NCBI GenBank assembly: GCA_001940895.1
Contig: MSGY01000011.1
Span: 78,942-142,941 of the forward strand
Reading direction: 5' to 3'
Length of the DNA: 64,000 nt
Origin: Christensenellaceae bacterium Phil10
GTDB lineage: Bacteria; Bacillota; Clostridia; Christensenellales; CAG-917
The notes below the pieces were generated by a model that was given only the letters and a program-made list of their open reading frames with translations, had not been told where the DNA came from and searched no databases. Shown here in pieces: positions 47,305 through 56,575 of the stretch. The number at the start of each line of letters is the position of its first letter. Position 1 is the stretch's first letter. A program made the translations under genes and the position numbers.

Positions 47305-50300
47305 TCAGGGATATATTACGTCGAATATCCGATTATCGCCCTCTCTTATGGGTATTGCCGAAACGCTTTTCAGTTCCACACCGTTTTCAACGAGCATGAA
47401 TTCGCCGCCTCGTCTGAATCTGAAAATATATCTGCTTTTTCCGTCGTCGTATTTTACCGTGTACTCGTCCATTCCCGCGGGCGGACGCGGATTGACGCAT
47501 ATCGAACGGTTTTCTATTCTGACCCCCAGAAAACCTTCTATTACGGTTTTGTAGCACCAACTCGCGCTGCCCGTGTACCAAGTCCAGCCAGCGCGCCCCT
47601 CGTGCAACGAATTCGAATAAACGTCGGCGGCAAGCACATACGGTTCGCCTTTGTATTTTAGGACCGTTTTTTCGTCGCGGCATTTTTCGACGGGATTTAT
47701 CGCGTTAAAAATCTCGTACGCTTCGTCGGTTCTTCCTTCGTTAATCAATGCAAGAATAAACCACATAGCGCCGTGGGTATACTGCCCTCCGTTTTCTCTG
47801 ATTCCTTCGGGATATAAACTGATATAACCGTAATATCCGTTTTCGTCAAAAGGCGGCGCAAGTAACAAAAACATTCCGTTTTTTCTGTCAAACAGGTCTT
47901 TTTTTGCAGTAGTTAGTCCGTCGTTAACCTTTTTTTTGTCGTTTATACCTGCCAGAGAAGCCCACGCCTCGGATATCGCGTCGATTTTCATCGCTTTGGA
48001 TTTTCCTCCGCCCAACCACTCGCCCGAAGCAGTGACAAGCCTTTTGAAGCGACCGTTTTCGAAAGTTTTGAGAACGGCGGACGATAATTTTTCCGCCCTG
48101 TCCGCCCAAAAAAGTTTTTCCTTACCCTCGTAAAACGTGCTCATCCTTTTAAGCACGGCAATATAAAATTCGGTAAGCCATACGCTTTCGCCCGCCGTTT
48201 CGGTGCCTACGGCGTTCAGAGCGTCGTTCCAGTCGCCCGAACCTATTTTAAGAAGTCCGTTTTCGCCGATACGGTATGCGTTATTCACAATTCTTTCGAG
48301 ATGAGCAAGAAGCGAATCGCGTTTTCCCTCGTCGGGAATTTCGAAACGGTCCTCCTCGTTGACGGAAAGCCGCGCCGACAGCAGATAAGGCACGGATTCC
48401 CGAAGAATACCGTCGTCGCCGGTAACCGATACGTATTCCGTCACCGCATAAGGCAAAAACAGCCCGTCGTCCGATATGCGGGTGCGCACGCCGTGTCTTT
48501 CTCCGTGCCACCAATGCATAACGTCGCCCTCGTAATATACGTGAGACGCAAGGTCCAGCAATAGTTTTCTCGTCCGCGCGGGGTCGATATAAACGAAAGT
48601 CAGCAAATCCTGCGCCATATCTCTGAAACCCGTTGCGCCGCCCGCCTGATACAGTGAAGTTTTGCCGTTTATTCTCGACGAAACGGTCTGATAAGCAAGA
48701 CAGTGATTGAAAAGAACGTCCATATCGCGGTTTCCGGTTTCGATTGAAAAAACGTTCAGTTTTTTGAAATAATCCGTACTTTTGCGTTTTTCGCAAGCCA
48801 TATCGTCCGTTCGCGCGTTTCTCACGCTTTTATAATCTCCGCCGAAAACGAAACGATACGTCTCGCTTTCGCCCGCTTTCAGATTCACGTCGTAATACGC
48901 CGAAAAAGTAGCGTTGTTCATAGAGGCGGAAGGTATTTCCGCCCCTCTCGAACGCGGGAAAAATTTTTCGTCGTATTTTCCCGAAAACGCTTTAAGATAA
49001 GCGCTTACTCCGTTTTTAACGTTAACCGCCTCGCGGATTCCGTCCTCGGTTTTCATAAAAATATAATCGCCGTCTTTACGCGCGCCTAAAACGAGCGCGG
49101 GAACGAAAAAGAGTTTGCGTGAGATATCCTCGGAAGCCGTAACGGTTACTTCGAAAACCTTCGCGCCGCCGTCGCAAATCATATATTCGGACACTTCCGA
49201 AGTAAAACCGCCTCCGCTACCCGAAAACCGGCTTTCTCCCTGACAATGCGAGACGTGCGCCCCCGCTTTCAGGTCGAACGCCGAGGTATCGCCGTCGAAA
49301 AGTAAAATCCTTTCGGAAGGAATATCGGACGTATAATCGTTTCGCCATTCGGTCAGTTTACTTTCCCTCGAATTGCCGTAATAGGTATATCCTCCGCCGC
49401 CGTCCGTAACCACCGTGCCGCCCTTAGTACCGCAGATAACGTTCTGATAAGGCAGAAGAGTGCGCTCGTAAAAAGGCACCACCTCGTACGCGTCGCGCGA
49501 AAATCCGCCCTCTCCCGTTCCGAAAATAATTTCGGGCGGCGCGGCAGGCGTCACTTCGGATATCGACGGATTTTCCGTTTTTTCCTCGGAGAAACTTATC
49601 TTCGAAAAATCGTAAAAACAGATTTCTTCAAGGATTTTTACGGGCGTTTCGTCGTCGAGAAACACGTCCCGTCCCGTAACGCATTTGTCCAGAACTTCGG
49701 CGATTTCTCTTCTTACGGGCGCAAAATATCCGTCCCTGTCGGAGTAAGATACGATAAGACTCACCGCAATTCCCGCAGACAGCCATCTGTCCGAAAGCGT
49801 AAGCGCGCGTTTAAGCGCGTTCTTGTTGCCGTCGTAAACGAATAACAAGGGTTTTCTCGTAAAGTTGTGCGAATAGCGCATAAAAGTTCTGTTATATCTG
49901 CATATTCCGATTATTTTTTCGGCAGAAAAAGGTTCGTATATGAGTTTTGATGTCATAACGAGCGAAATATCGAAAAATCTTTTGTCCGTTATCGCGTTTT
50001 TTACGGCATTTCTTTTCGTTGACAACGCCCTGAAAGAAGATTGTCTTGTCTTGGCCAGTTCGCGGAGAACGCCCTCGCGACTCGTTCCGGCGGTTATATA
50101 AACGTCGATTTCTTTCGTTGAAAAAGCTTTAACATCGATATCCGCCGAAAATATGCACGCCGGGTCGAGCACCGCTCCGAATATTTCTTCGTTTTTTCTT
50201 TTTCCGAATACTCCCGCGGGATTTTTTGCGGTGTGCCCGCGCGAAAGGAAAGAATATCCGTCCGACGAAAAAACGGCGTTACACCCGTCTGCCCGCACGC

Positions 50301-53300
50301 CTAAAAACATTCCTTTATTATTATCTCTTTCCCGCCTTCGCGCGATGAAAACGTCCCCGTCTTTTTCCGTCTCCACGAACATATCCGAGAACACGGGATG
50401 GGCGATTTCGTTTTCGGTATAATTCAGCGCAAGGTCGAAATAAAAAGTTACCCTGTATTTTTTATCGGAATCGCAGTCGTTTTTTACCGAAAGCGTACGC
50501 ACTTCTCCCTCGAAAAAGCACGGGCAGGCAATCCTTTCCGAAAGTCCCGCCGCGCGGTTTTCGTAAGTTATGAAACCGTTTTCGAAAACGGTTGAATAAT
50601 CGCCGTCGGAAAAAACGGGAGCGGCGCACGGAGAAGAGACTTTTCCGTCTTCGTCGGTTACGTAAAAGAACATACCGCAGACAATATTCGGGTCGTTTCT
50701 GAAACGGTTTATCGCAATTCCCGACTTTTTCGAATAGCCGGCGCCGGCGTCGTCGGCAACCACAACGTAATCGGAAGACGACAGCACGTGCATAAGCGGC
50801 TCGGCGCGCATACCCGATACCTTTCTCGATATTCTGCATTCTTCGTGGGCGTCGTATACAAACACGTTCTTGTCGGGACGAAAACCTTTTTTATCGTTTC
50901 TTCTTTCGGACAGAATGATTCTGTCGGCATGCACTTCGGGCGCTTCGGAAAACGCGCGTCTTATCGCGCCGTCGGTAAGATGGTCCGCAATCGCCGCAAG
51001 CGTCATTCCGAGATGGTGCGCCATATATTCGCATACGATGCGCGGCGCGCCCGACAAGTCAAGCGCTTCGTACAGACCGTAACGTCCGTTCATTTCCCAT
51101 CTGTTTTCCAGTTTTTTAAGATTTTTCACGACCTCTTTTTCGGCGTAATCGAGCATCAGAAAAGACGAATAAGGCGATATAACGCATTTCGAAAGTTCGC
51201 TTTTAAGACTCAGATTGTCCAGTCCGAAGGCTTTGTAGGCGAAATTCCTGTTGTCGTCGAGGTCGAAATAACCGCTTTCCGAAATGCCGAACAATCCTTT
51301 GCATTTACGTCTCGTCATAATCTTTACGGCGCTTTTCGAAGTGCTTTTCAGAAGGCCGCCCGCCGGAGTATCGAGAAACAGGTCGGGCATAAGATATTCG
51401 AACGCCGTTCCTCCGAAACTCAGAAGAGTGTTTCCGCCCTCCGACGTAAATTCTCTTGCGAGATTGCACCACGATTCGACGGGAACGCCGAAACAGACCC
51501 CGAGATAGGCAAGAAGCCGCGCTTCGGACACGACGTTATCGTAATGACCCGAAAATCTGTTGCGGGATTTGTCGTATCCGATATAAAAAAGTCCGGCTTT
51601 CTCGTCGAACAACGCCGTAAAATCCACTTCTTCGAGATAACTGTCGACCGCTTCGCCTGTTTTTCCCCCGAAAATTTCGCGCGCCGTAATCAACGCCGTT
51701 ATAAAATTCGCGCTGTCGACGCTGCTGACGTATTCGGGATAAAGCGGTTTCCCCGTTCCGACGTCGTACCAGTTGTAAAGATGTCCGCGATATTTTTCCA
51801 GAGAAAGCGCGGCGGTCACCGTTTCGAAAACTCTGTTTTCCGCTTCTTCTTTCGGGACGATTCCCAGAAGATACGCGGAAATTTCGGCAATCACCGAAAA
51901 TCCGATATTTGTGGGCGAAGTATAATTCACTCTTTCGTTTTTCGGCAATTCGTTGAAATTGTCGGCGATAAGCGTCGTGCGGCTTTCTCTGAAATAGGCG
52001 TACGCTTTTACGGCGTGTCCCATAAGATACTGCCTGATTTCGGGTTTAACCTTCGCGCGTTTTTTCTCATATTTTCCCGCATAAAACGGCTTCCATTTCA
52101 GCAAATTCCTTTTCAGCGCGGTTTTCACGCAGGATACTGAAAACAGAACCGCGTCGGAAACCGCGGCATAAGGCAGAACAGAAAGCGCGAACAGCCGTCG
52201 CACGAAAACGGTCGCGGCGTCTTTGATACATGCGAACGTCCTTTTGTTTACGAACGCGGCGAAAAAATTATCCGCGGCGGATATTACGAAATCAGCGAAA
52301 AACGTTACGGCGGATATTATTGCGAGATTGACGTTCGAAAAAGCCGCGGCAAGCGCGAACAATACGGCGTAAGCGGGTGCCGAAAGTACACTTATCGCGT
52401 TAAAAAACATAATATATGCATAAAAAAACGGGATTTTATCTTTTTTATCGTCGCTTTTTGCAAAATTCAGAAAAGGTAAAAGCTGTATGTCGCCACGGGT
52501 CCAGCGCATTCGGCGCTCCTCGTCGGACGCAAAACTCAACGGCACGCTTTCGTAAACGGAAACGCCCGCTCTGCCCGTTTCGAGAACAGCTCCTTCCAGA
52601 ATATCGTGCGACAGAATCCTCTTTTCGGGAAGTCTGCCGTACAGCTTTCTGACGTAACTTTCAAGCCGGAATATCCCTTTGCCTGTAAAAAGTGCGCGTC
52701 CCGTAACGTCGAAAAACAAGGAAGAATACGAGGGATATTTTTCATAACCGTCCCCTCCGTAAAACAGACGGGAATATAACGATTCGAGGGAAAAAGCGTC
52801 GGTTTTTCCGTCGAAAGCAAGCAGGTCGTATTTTTCGTTCATCGGATGAAGCAACGCGTTGACGGCGTCGAGAACGCTTCCCGGAGCCAGCACGCTGTCG
52901 GCGTCGAGAACGATAAAAAACTCGGGCTTTCCCCATTCTTTTTCGGAAAGATAGCAAAAATTTTCATTATTGCCGTCGTATAAAAATTTCGCATAGTCCT
53001 CGACGGCGCCCCTCTTTCTCTCTCTTCCCGAAAAACCGCCTTCGCCGTTGTCGCTGCGACGTCTCACCGCCACTCTTACGTCCTTTTTCCCGTACGTTTC
53101 TATTGCGGCATAAAGTTTGTCGTCGTCATCGTCGCGCACCTTGTCCGAACCTTTGAAATCCACAAGCAGAGTAAACGTTGCGTTTTTCCCTTTATTGGCG
53201 AGATACGTCTCGTAAAGACGCGCGAGATTTTCTTTCAACGAGTCGGCATTCCCCGCAAAAACGGGCACCACCACGTCGGTTTTTGCGAAATCGGGTATTT

Positions 53301-54576
53301 CCTTATATCCCGTTCTCATCACGGGACGTTTTTTAACGAAATGCGAAAACAGATAATTATTTACCGAATACGCCGCCGGTAAAAAAGCCGCGAACGCGAC
53401 GACTCCCGCGATAATTCCCCTGACGAGTCCTCCCGCAAGCAATCCCGCGGCCGAAGCAAATGCGGCGGCAATCAGAAAATGACCCGAAATATAAAGCGTG
53501 GCTTTATTGACAACGCGGTTTTTACTTATGAGATTCGCATTGTTTTTTACGCTTTTGTTAAGCGCTTTACCATCCGAAAAAAGCAGATTTCCGAAATGCT
53601 CGCCGTCGGAGGCAAGAGAAAGAAGTCGTTTTGCGTATTCGTCCTCTCTTAAATTGACTCTGTCCGAAAGCACGGCGGTCTTTTCGAGATAAAGTTTTTT
53701 AGTGGTCTCGTCCGACGCGTCGAAAACGCCGTCGGCGGAATACACCTTGTAAACGGGCAGGTATTCGTAAAGTTTTTTCGTAAAAGCGTCGGCGTTTATG
53801 AGACTTCCGACAAGCGACGAGGTAAGCAAATCCGTTTCGGCAATCAACGACCCGAATACGAATTCGACGTCGTCGAAAGTTCTTGCGCTTTTATCGAGAT
53901 ATCCGTCGATTTTCGCTTTAAGGCGCATATTATGTTTGCCGATAAAATACAGATAAACGTTGTTTTTTATATATTTTTTCAGTAATTTTTTGGATTTTTC
54001 GGCCGAAAGGCGCATTCTTTCGATATAAACGCATTTATTCGCGCATGCGGCCGTTTTTTCGAGCAGCGCAAATTTCAGCGCGTCGCCGACAGCCGTCGCT
54101 TCTCTGTAAGTCAAAGGATTTACCTCGTTCATTGCCGAAACGGCTTCGATTATTCTGCCTTCGGTAACGTTGCCCGCACCCGTCGCCACGCACGCCCGCA
54201 TAAGAATAAGAACCCTCGGCACGCCGCCCGAATGAGGCAAATCGCCGAAATCGGGCACTCCCTTATCGAAAATCCCCGAAAATACGTAATTGTTATCGTA
54301 AAGCCATTTTTCCGCCTCGTAAAGAGTCTCGCCTTTCACGACTTTTTTCTTTATCATGCGATAGGCTCTTCTTACAGCCTTTTCCGCAGGCGTTATTTCG
54401 ACGCCCTTTCCGAAAGGCTCGGGGGTTGCGAGTTTTTTCGCAAGTTTCGATATTTTCAAAGAAAACTCCTCGTCGGACAAATCCGAAGAAAAATCCTCGT
54501 AAAGTTTTTTTCTGGCGTTTTTAAAGATTTCCGCAAGACAGAAAAGAATTATCAGAACAAACGGTATTATAAGCAT
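47305..54576 (-). CDS. Cyclic beta-1,2-glucan synthase-like multidomain protein (GT84-type glycosyltransferase / (alpha/alpha)6 cyclization-like domain / GH94 phosphorylase-like domain)
   Basis: Start trimmed to ATG 54576, because the rnpB terminator lies inside the longest ORF. TM helices flank a GT domain with DADS (52894-52905) and RWTRGD (52489-52506). YTSPTNIG (51901-51921) marks a glucanase-like barrel. The C-terminal half of about 1,100 aa has GH94 features including DWNDALN (48214-48234). Confidence 0.8.
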   Translation of the reverse strand: MLIIPFVLIILFCLAEIFKNARKKLYEDFSSDLSDEEFSLKISKLAKKLATPEPFGKGVEITPAEKAVRRAYRMIKKKVVKGETLYEAEKWLYDNNYVFSGIFDKGVPDFGDLPHSGGVPRVLILMRACVATGAGNVTEGRIIEAVSAMNEVNPLTYREATAVGDALKFALLEKTAACANKCVYIERMRLSAEKSKKLLKKYIKNNVYLYFIGKHNMRLKAKIDGYLDKSARTFDDVEFVFGSLIAETDLLTSSLVGSLINADAFTKKLYEYLPVYKVYSADGVFDASDETTKKLYLEKTAVLSDRVNLREDEYAKRLLSLASDGEHFGNLLFSDGKALNKSVKNNANLISKNRVVNKATLYISGHFLIAAAFASAAGLLAGGLVRGIIAGVVAFAAFLPAAYSVNNYLFSHFVKKRPVMRTGYKEIPDFAKTDVVVPVFAGNADSLKENLARLYETYLANKGKNATFTLLVDFKGSDKVRDDDDDKLYAAIETYGKKDVRVAVRRRSDNGEGGFSGRERKRGAVEDYAKFLYDGNNENFCYLSEKEWGKPEFFIVLDADSVLAPGSVLDAVNALLHPMNEKYDLLAFDGKTDAFSLESLYSRLFYGGDGYEKYPSYSSLFFDVTGRALFTGKGIFRLESYVRKLYGRLPEKRILSHDILEGAVLETGRAGVSVYESVPLSFASDEERRMRWTRGDIQLLPFLNFAKSDDKKDKIPFFYAYIMFFNAISVLSAPAYAVLFALAAAFSNVNLAIISAVTFFADFVISAADNFFAAFVNKRTFACIKDAATVFVRRLFALSVLPYAAVSDAVLFSVSCVKTALKRNLLKWKPFYAGKYEKKRAKVKPEIRQYLMGHAVKAYAYFRESRTTLIADNFNELPKNERVNYTSPTNIGFSVIAEISAYLLGIVPKEEAENRVFETVTAALSLEKYRGHLYNWYDVGTGKPLYPEYVSSVDSANFITALITAREIFGGKTGEAVDSYLEEVDFTALFDEKAGLFYIGYDKSRNRFSGHYDNVVSEARLLAYLGVCFGVPVESWCNLAREFTSEGGNTLLSFGGTAFEYLMPDLFLDTPAGGLLKSTSKSAVKIMTRRKCKGLFGISESGYFDLDDNRNFAYKAFGLDNLSLKSELSKCVISPYSSFLMLDYAEKEVVKNLKKLENRWEMNGRYGLYEALDLSGAPRIVCEYMAHHLGMTLAAIADHLTDGAIRRAFSEAPEVHADRIILSERRNDKKGFRPDKNVFVYDAHEECRISRKVSGMRAEPLMHVLSSSDYVVVADDAGAGYSKKSGIAINRFRNDPNIVCGMFFYVTDEDGKVSSPCAAPVFSDGDYSTVFENGFITYENRAAGLSERIACPCFFEGEVRTLSVKNDCDSDKKYRVTFYFDLALNYTENEIAHPVFSDMFVETEKDGDVFIARRRERDNNKGMFLGVRADGCNAVFSSDGYSFLSRGHTAKNPAGVFGKRKNEEIFGAVLDPACIFSADIDVKAFSTKEIDVYITAGTSREGVLRELAKTRQSSFRALSTKRNAVKNAITDKRFFDISLVMTSKLIYEPFSAEKIIGICRYNRTFMRYSHNFTRKPLLFVYDGNKNALKRALTLSDRWLSAGIAVSLIVSYSDRDGYFAPVRREIAEVLDKCVTGRDVFLDDETPVKILEEICFYDFSKISFSEEKTENPSISEVTPAAPPEIIFGTGEGGFSRDAYEVVPFYERTLLPYQNVICGTKGGTVVTDGGGGYTYYGNSRESKLTEWRNDYTSDIPSERILLFDGDTSAFDLKAGAHVSHCQGESRFSGSGGGFTSEVSEYMICDGGAKVFEVTVTASEDISRKLFFVPALVLGARKDGDYIFMKTEDGIREAVNVKNGVSAYLKAFSGKYDEKFFPRSRGAEIPSASMNNATFSAYYDVNLKAGESETYRFVFGGDYKSVRNARTDDMACEKRKSTDYFKKLNVFSIETGNRDMDVLFNHCLAYQTVSSRINGKTSLYQAGGATGFRDMAQDLLTFVYIDPARTRKLLLDLASHVYYEGDVMHWWHGERHGVRTRISDDGLFLPYAVTEYVSVTGDDGILRESVPYLLSARLSVNEEDRFEIPDEGKRDSLLAHLERIVNNAYRIGENGLLKIGSGDWNDALNAVGTETAGESVWLTEFYIAVLKRMSTFYEGKEKLFWADRAEKLSSAVLKTFENGRFKRLVTASGEWLGGGKSKAMKIDAISEAWASLAGINDKKKVNDGLTTAKKDLFDRKNGMFLLLAPPFDENGYYGYISLYPEGIRENGGQYTHGAMWFILALINEGRTDEAYEIFNAINPVEKCRDEKTVLKYKGEPYVLAADVYSNSLHEGRAGWTWYTGSASWCYKTVIEGFLGVRIENRSICVNPRPPAGMDEYTVKYDDGKSRYIFRFRRGGEFMLVENGVELKSVSAIPIREGDNRIFDVIYP

Positions 54577-54610
54577 AAAATAATTCTTGCCAGGATTACG
54601 AAGCGTAAAC

Positions 54611-54648
54611 AAAAAAAGAAAGTTACCGGCTCGCGCGCCGATAACTTT
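54611..54648 (-). terminator. Rho-independent terminator of rnpB
   Basis: Minus strand: 12-bp stem AAAGTTATCGGC / GCCGGTAACTTT with one G-U pair, a 6-nt loop, then C-T7. Starts 6 nt after the RNase P RNA 3' end. Confidence 0.75.
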
Positions 54649-54653
54649 CATAT

Positions 54654-54976
54654 GCGAGATTAGTCTGTAAGCCGAGTTCTGTCTTGAACGGTCATCTATC
54701 TAGACGTACCGTTGCCGGCACGTTCAAGCGATTGAGGGGACGGACAGGCAATCCATAGTCCCTTTTCTCTTGCATCGGGTGGGGTTTACATAGCCGTGGG
54801 CGTCGCCGCCCCGCTGGTGAGCTCTTACCTCGCCTTTCCATCCTTACACGGAAAACCGTGCGGTATATCTCTGTTGCACTTTCCCTGAAGTCGCCTTCGC
54901 AGGTATTTCGCCTGCACCCTGCCTTGTGATGCTCGGACTTTCCTCATCTTGCGATGCGACCGTCCGGCTAACTCGC
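54654..54976 (-). ncRNA. rnpB: RNase P RNA (bacterial type A-like, compact)
   Basis: Minus strand carries GAGGAAAGTCCGAGC (P4 5'), GGCAGGGTGC, AGTGCAACAGAGA, GGTAAGAGCTCACC, GTAAACCCCACC, CTAGATAGATGACCG and ACAGAACTCGGCTTA (P4 3'). P1 is GCGAGTTAG / CTAATCTCGC. Ends are +/- a few nt. Confidence 0.9.
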
Positions 54977-54981
54977 AAAGC

Positions 54982-55010
54982 GAGTATAACAGTAAAAACC
55001 TCTCTTGTCA
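54982..55010 (-). promoter_or_regulatory. Sigma-A-type promoter for rnpB
   Basis: Minus strand reads TTGACA (55010-55005), 17 nt, then TATACT (54987-54982). The predicted start coincides with the P1 5' end at about 54976. Confidence 0.6.
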
Positions 55011-55021
55011 AGCGGACATAC

Positions 55022-55049
55022 ACTTTCCGATTTTTTTCGACATATACTG
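55022..55049 (+). promoter_or_regulatory. Possible mother-cell (sigma-E/sigma-K type) promoter for sigK
   Basis: AC (55022-55023), 17 nt, then CATATACT (55041-55048). This resembles the AC-N17-CATA---TA sigma-K pattern and the CATACA-T sigma-E pattern. Motif match only. Confidence 0.3.
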
Positions 55050-55070
55050 ATTTTACCGTGGAGGTGCACC

Positions 55071-55772
55071 TTGCTTGAAAGTCTGTTTCTGATGCTGAAA
55101 AATCTTTTGATTTTCTCGTCTTACGTCGAAAACAAAAACTCTTTTCCGAAACCGCTGACGCCCGAAAAAGAAGCCGAGTACGTCGCTCGCGCCGAAAAAG
55201 GAGATAAAGAAGCCGTGGAACTGCTTATACGCCATAATCTGCGGCTTGTCGCGCATATTGCAAAAAAATACGGCAATTACCCCGATACGGACGAACTGAT
55301 TTCGATAGGCAGTATCGGACTTATAAAAGCGATAAGAACGTATAAATCGGGAAAAGGCACCGCTCTTGCCACCTACGCCGCAAAGTGTATCGAAAACGAA
55401 ATACTTATGACGCTTCGCGTAAATAAAAAGCATAAAAACAACGTTTCGCTGAACGACCCCGTAGGCACCGACAGAGAAGGCAACGAGCTGACTCTTATAG
55501 ATATGCTTTCGACGGACAGCGAAGGCGTTATTACAGACGTCGAAAACCGTATGCTTATCGAAAAAATATCCGAACTCATCGAAAAAACGCTCGACCCGCG
55601 AGAATACGAAATCGTTCGGATGCGCTACGGTCTCAACGACACCCCCGCGCTTACGCAGCGCGAAGTGGCCGAAAAATTCGGCATATCGCGAAGTTATATT
55701 TCGAGAATCGAAAAAAAAGCGCTTCTGAAAATCAGAAACGCCATAGAATCAAACGGTATGGAACTGAATTAA
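55071..55772 (+). CDS. sigK: RNA polymerase sporulation sigma factor SigK (pro-sigma-K, uninterrupted)
   Basis: Start set to TTG 55071, 6 nt after GGAGG. The pro-sequence plus LIFSSYVENKNSFPKPL matches B. subtilis ...LVSYVKNNAFPQPL. HNLRLVAHIAKKY, CIENEILM and GISRSYISRIEKKAL also match. No skin-like insertion. Confidence 0.9.
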   Translation: MLESLFLMLKNLLIFSSYVENKNSFPKPLTPEKEAEYVARAEKGDKEAVELLIRHNLRLVAHIAKKYGNYPDTDELISIGSIGLIKAIRTYKSGKGTALATYAAKCIENEILMTLRVNKKHKNNVSLNDPVGTDREGNELTLIDMLSTDSEGVITDVENRMLIEKISELIEKTLDPREYEIVRMRYGLNDTPALTQREVAEKFGISRSYISRIEKKALLKIRNAIESNGMELN

Positions 55773-56575
55773 AGCTCAATGTTTTTGCCGTTCAGATAAT
55801 ACAAAAAACTTTTCTCATCAAACGAAAATACGAGTTTTTTTGCCGTAAGTTGCTGTTTTTTTACTCCGAAAACGGCATTTATATCGTCGCGGCCGTATTT
55901 TCCGTCGCCTAATATAAAATGACCGTGCGCCGCAAGTTGCGCTCTTATCTGATGAGTTTTTCCGTTATGTATCGCGACTTCGACCAAAGTGGAATTATCG
56001 TCGTAACCTATTACTTTTACCGCCGCTTCTACGGGTACCGCGCCTTCCCGTTTTTCCGAAAAAATCCTGACTTTCCCCTCTTTTGCGTTTTTCCATAAAT
56101 AATCGCGGTAAACCGTATCTCCGCGCACCTTGCCGTAAACGCGAGCCTCGTAAATCTTTTCGACGTATCCTTCCCTGAATCCTCTTGCGATTTCGTTTTC
56201 GGCGCGTTCGTCAAGCGCGAAAATAAGCAAGCCGTCGGTATTCGTGTCGAGCCTGTGGCAGAGAACGGCTGTCTTTTCGTATTCTCTCACGATACTTTCG
56301 GCGGAAACGTCGCCCTCGCTTTTAAGGCCCTTCGGTTTATACGCTATAAGCAGGTTTTCGTCGCGGAAAACCTCTTTGAGGCGCATATCTTTCGCGTAGC
56401 AACGCACTACGCTGCCGTCGTTCACGATTACGTCGTCGCCGACTTTTACGCCGTCGACGCGCAATTCTTTGTCCTTTATGAGTTTTATTATCGCGTTATA
56501 AGAAAACAGCGGATAATGCTCCGCCGTTATTTTCGATAATCTTTGCGGTTTCCCGCGATAAACGAATTCCTTCAT
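55769..56575 (-). CDS. RluA family pseudouridine synthase
   Basis: 268 aa with an S4-like N-terminus, the catalytic motif HRLDTNTDGLLIFA, and GKTHQIRAQLA. Confidence 0.85.
   Translation of the reverse strand: MKEFVYRGKPQRLSKITAEHYPLFSYNAIIKLIKDKELRVDGVKVGDDVIVNDGSVVRCYAKDMRLKEVFRDENLLIAYKPKGLKSEGDVSAESIVREYEKTAVLCHRLDTNTDGLLIFALDERAENEIARGFREGYVEKIYEARVYGKVRGDTVYRDYLWKNAKEGKVRIFSEKREGAVPVEAAVKVIGYDDNSTLVEVAIHNGKTHQIRAQLAAHGHFILGDGKYGRDDINAVFGVKKQQLTAKKLVFSFDEKSFLYYLNGKNIEL

Noticed and set aside
50788-52140. 450-aa plus-strand ORF, plus several 60-170-aa ORFs inside 47.3-54.6 kb
   Set aside because: All lie inside or antisense to the 7.3-kb cgs-like frame, whose conserved GT and GH94 motifs are continuous. 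The 335-aa ORF at 21171..22178, opposite rseP, is rejected for the same reason.
54968-54985. Hairpin ACTCGC-AAA-GCGAGT at the rnpB 5' end
   Set aside because: Half of it lies upstream of the predicted transcription start and overlaps the -10 TATACT. The GCGAG segment is better explained as the P1 5' strand, which pairs with the RNA 3' end.
55071-55772. Possible skin-type intervening element or split sigK
   Set aside because: The reading frame is continuous from the pro-sequence to region 4.2, and the length is normal (233 aa). No recombinase is nearby.
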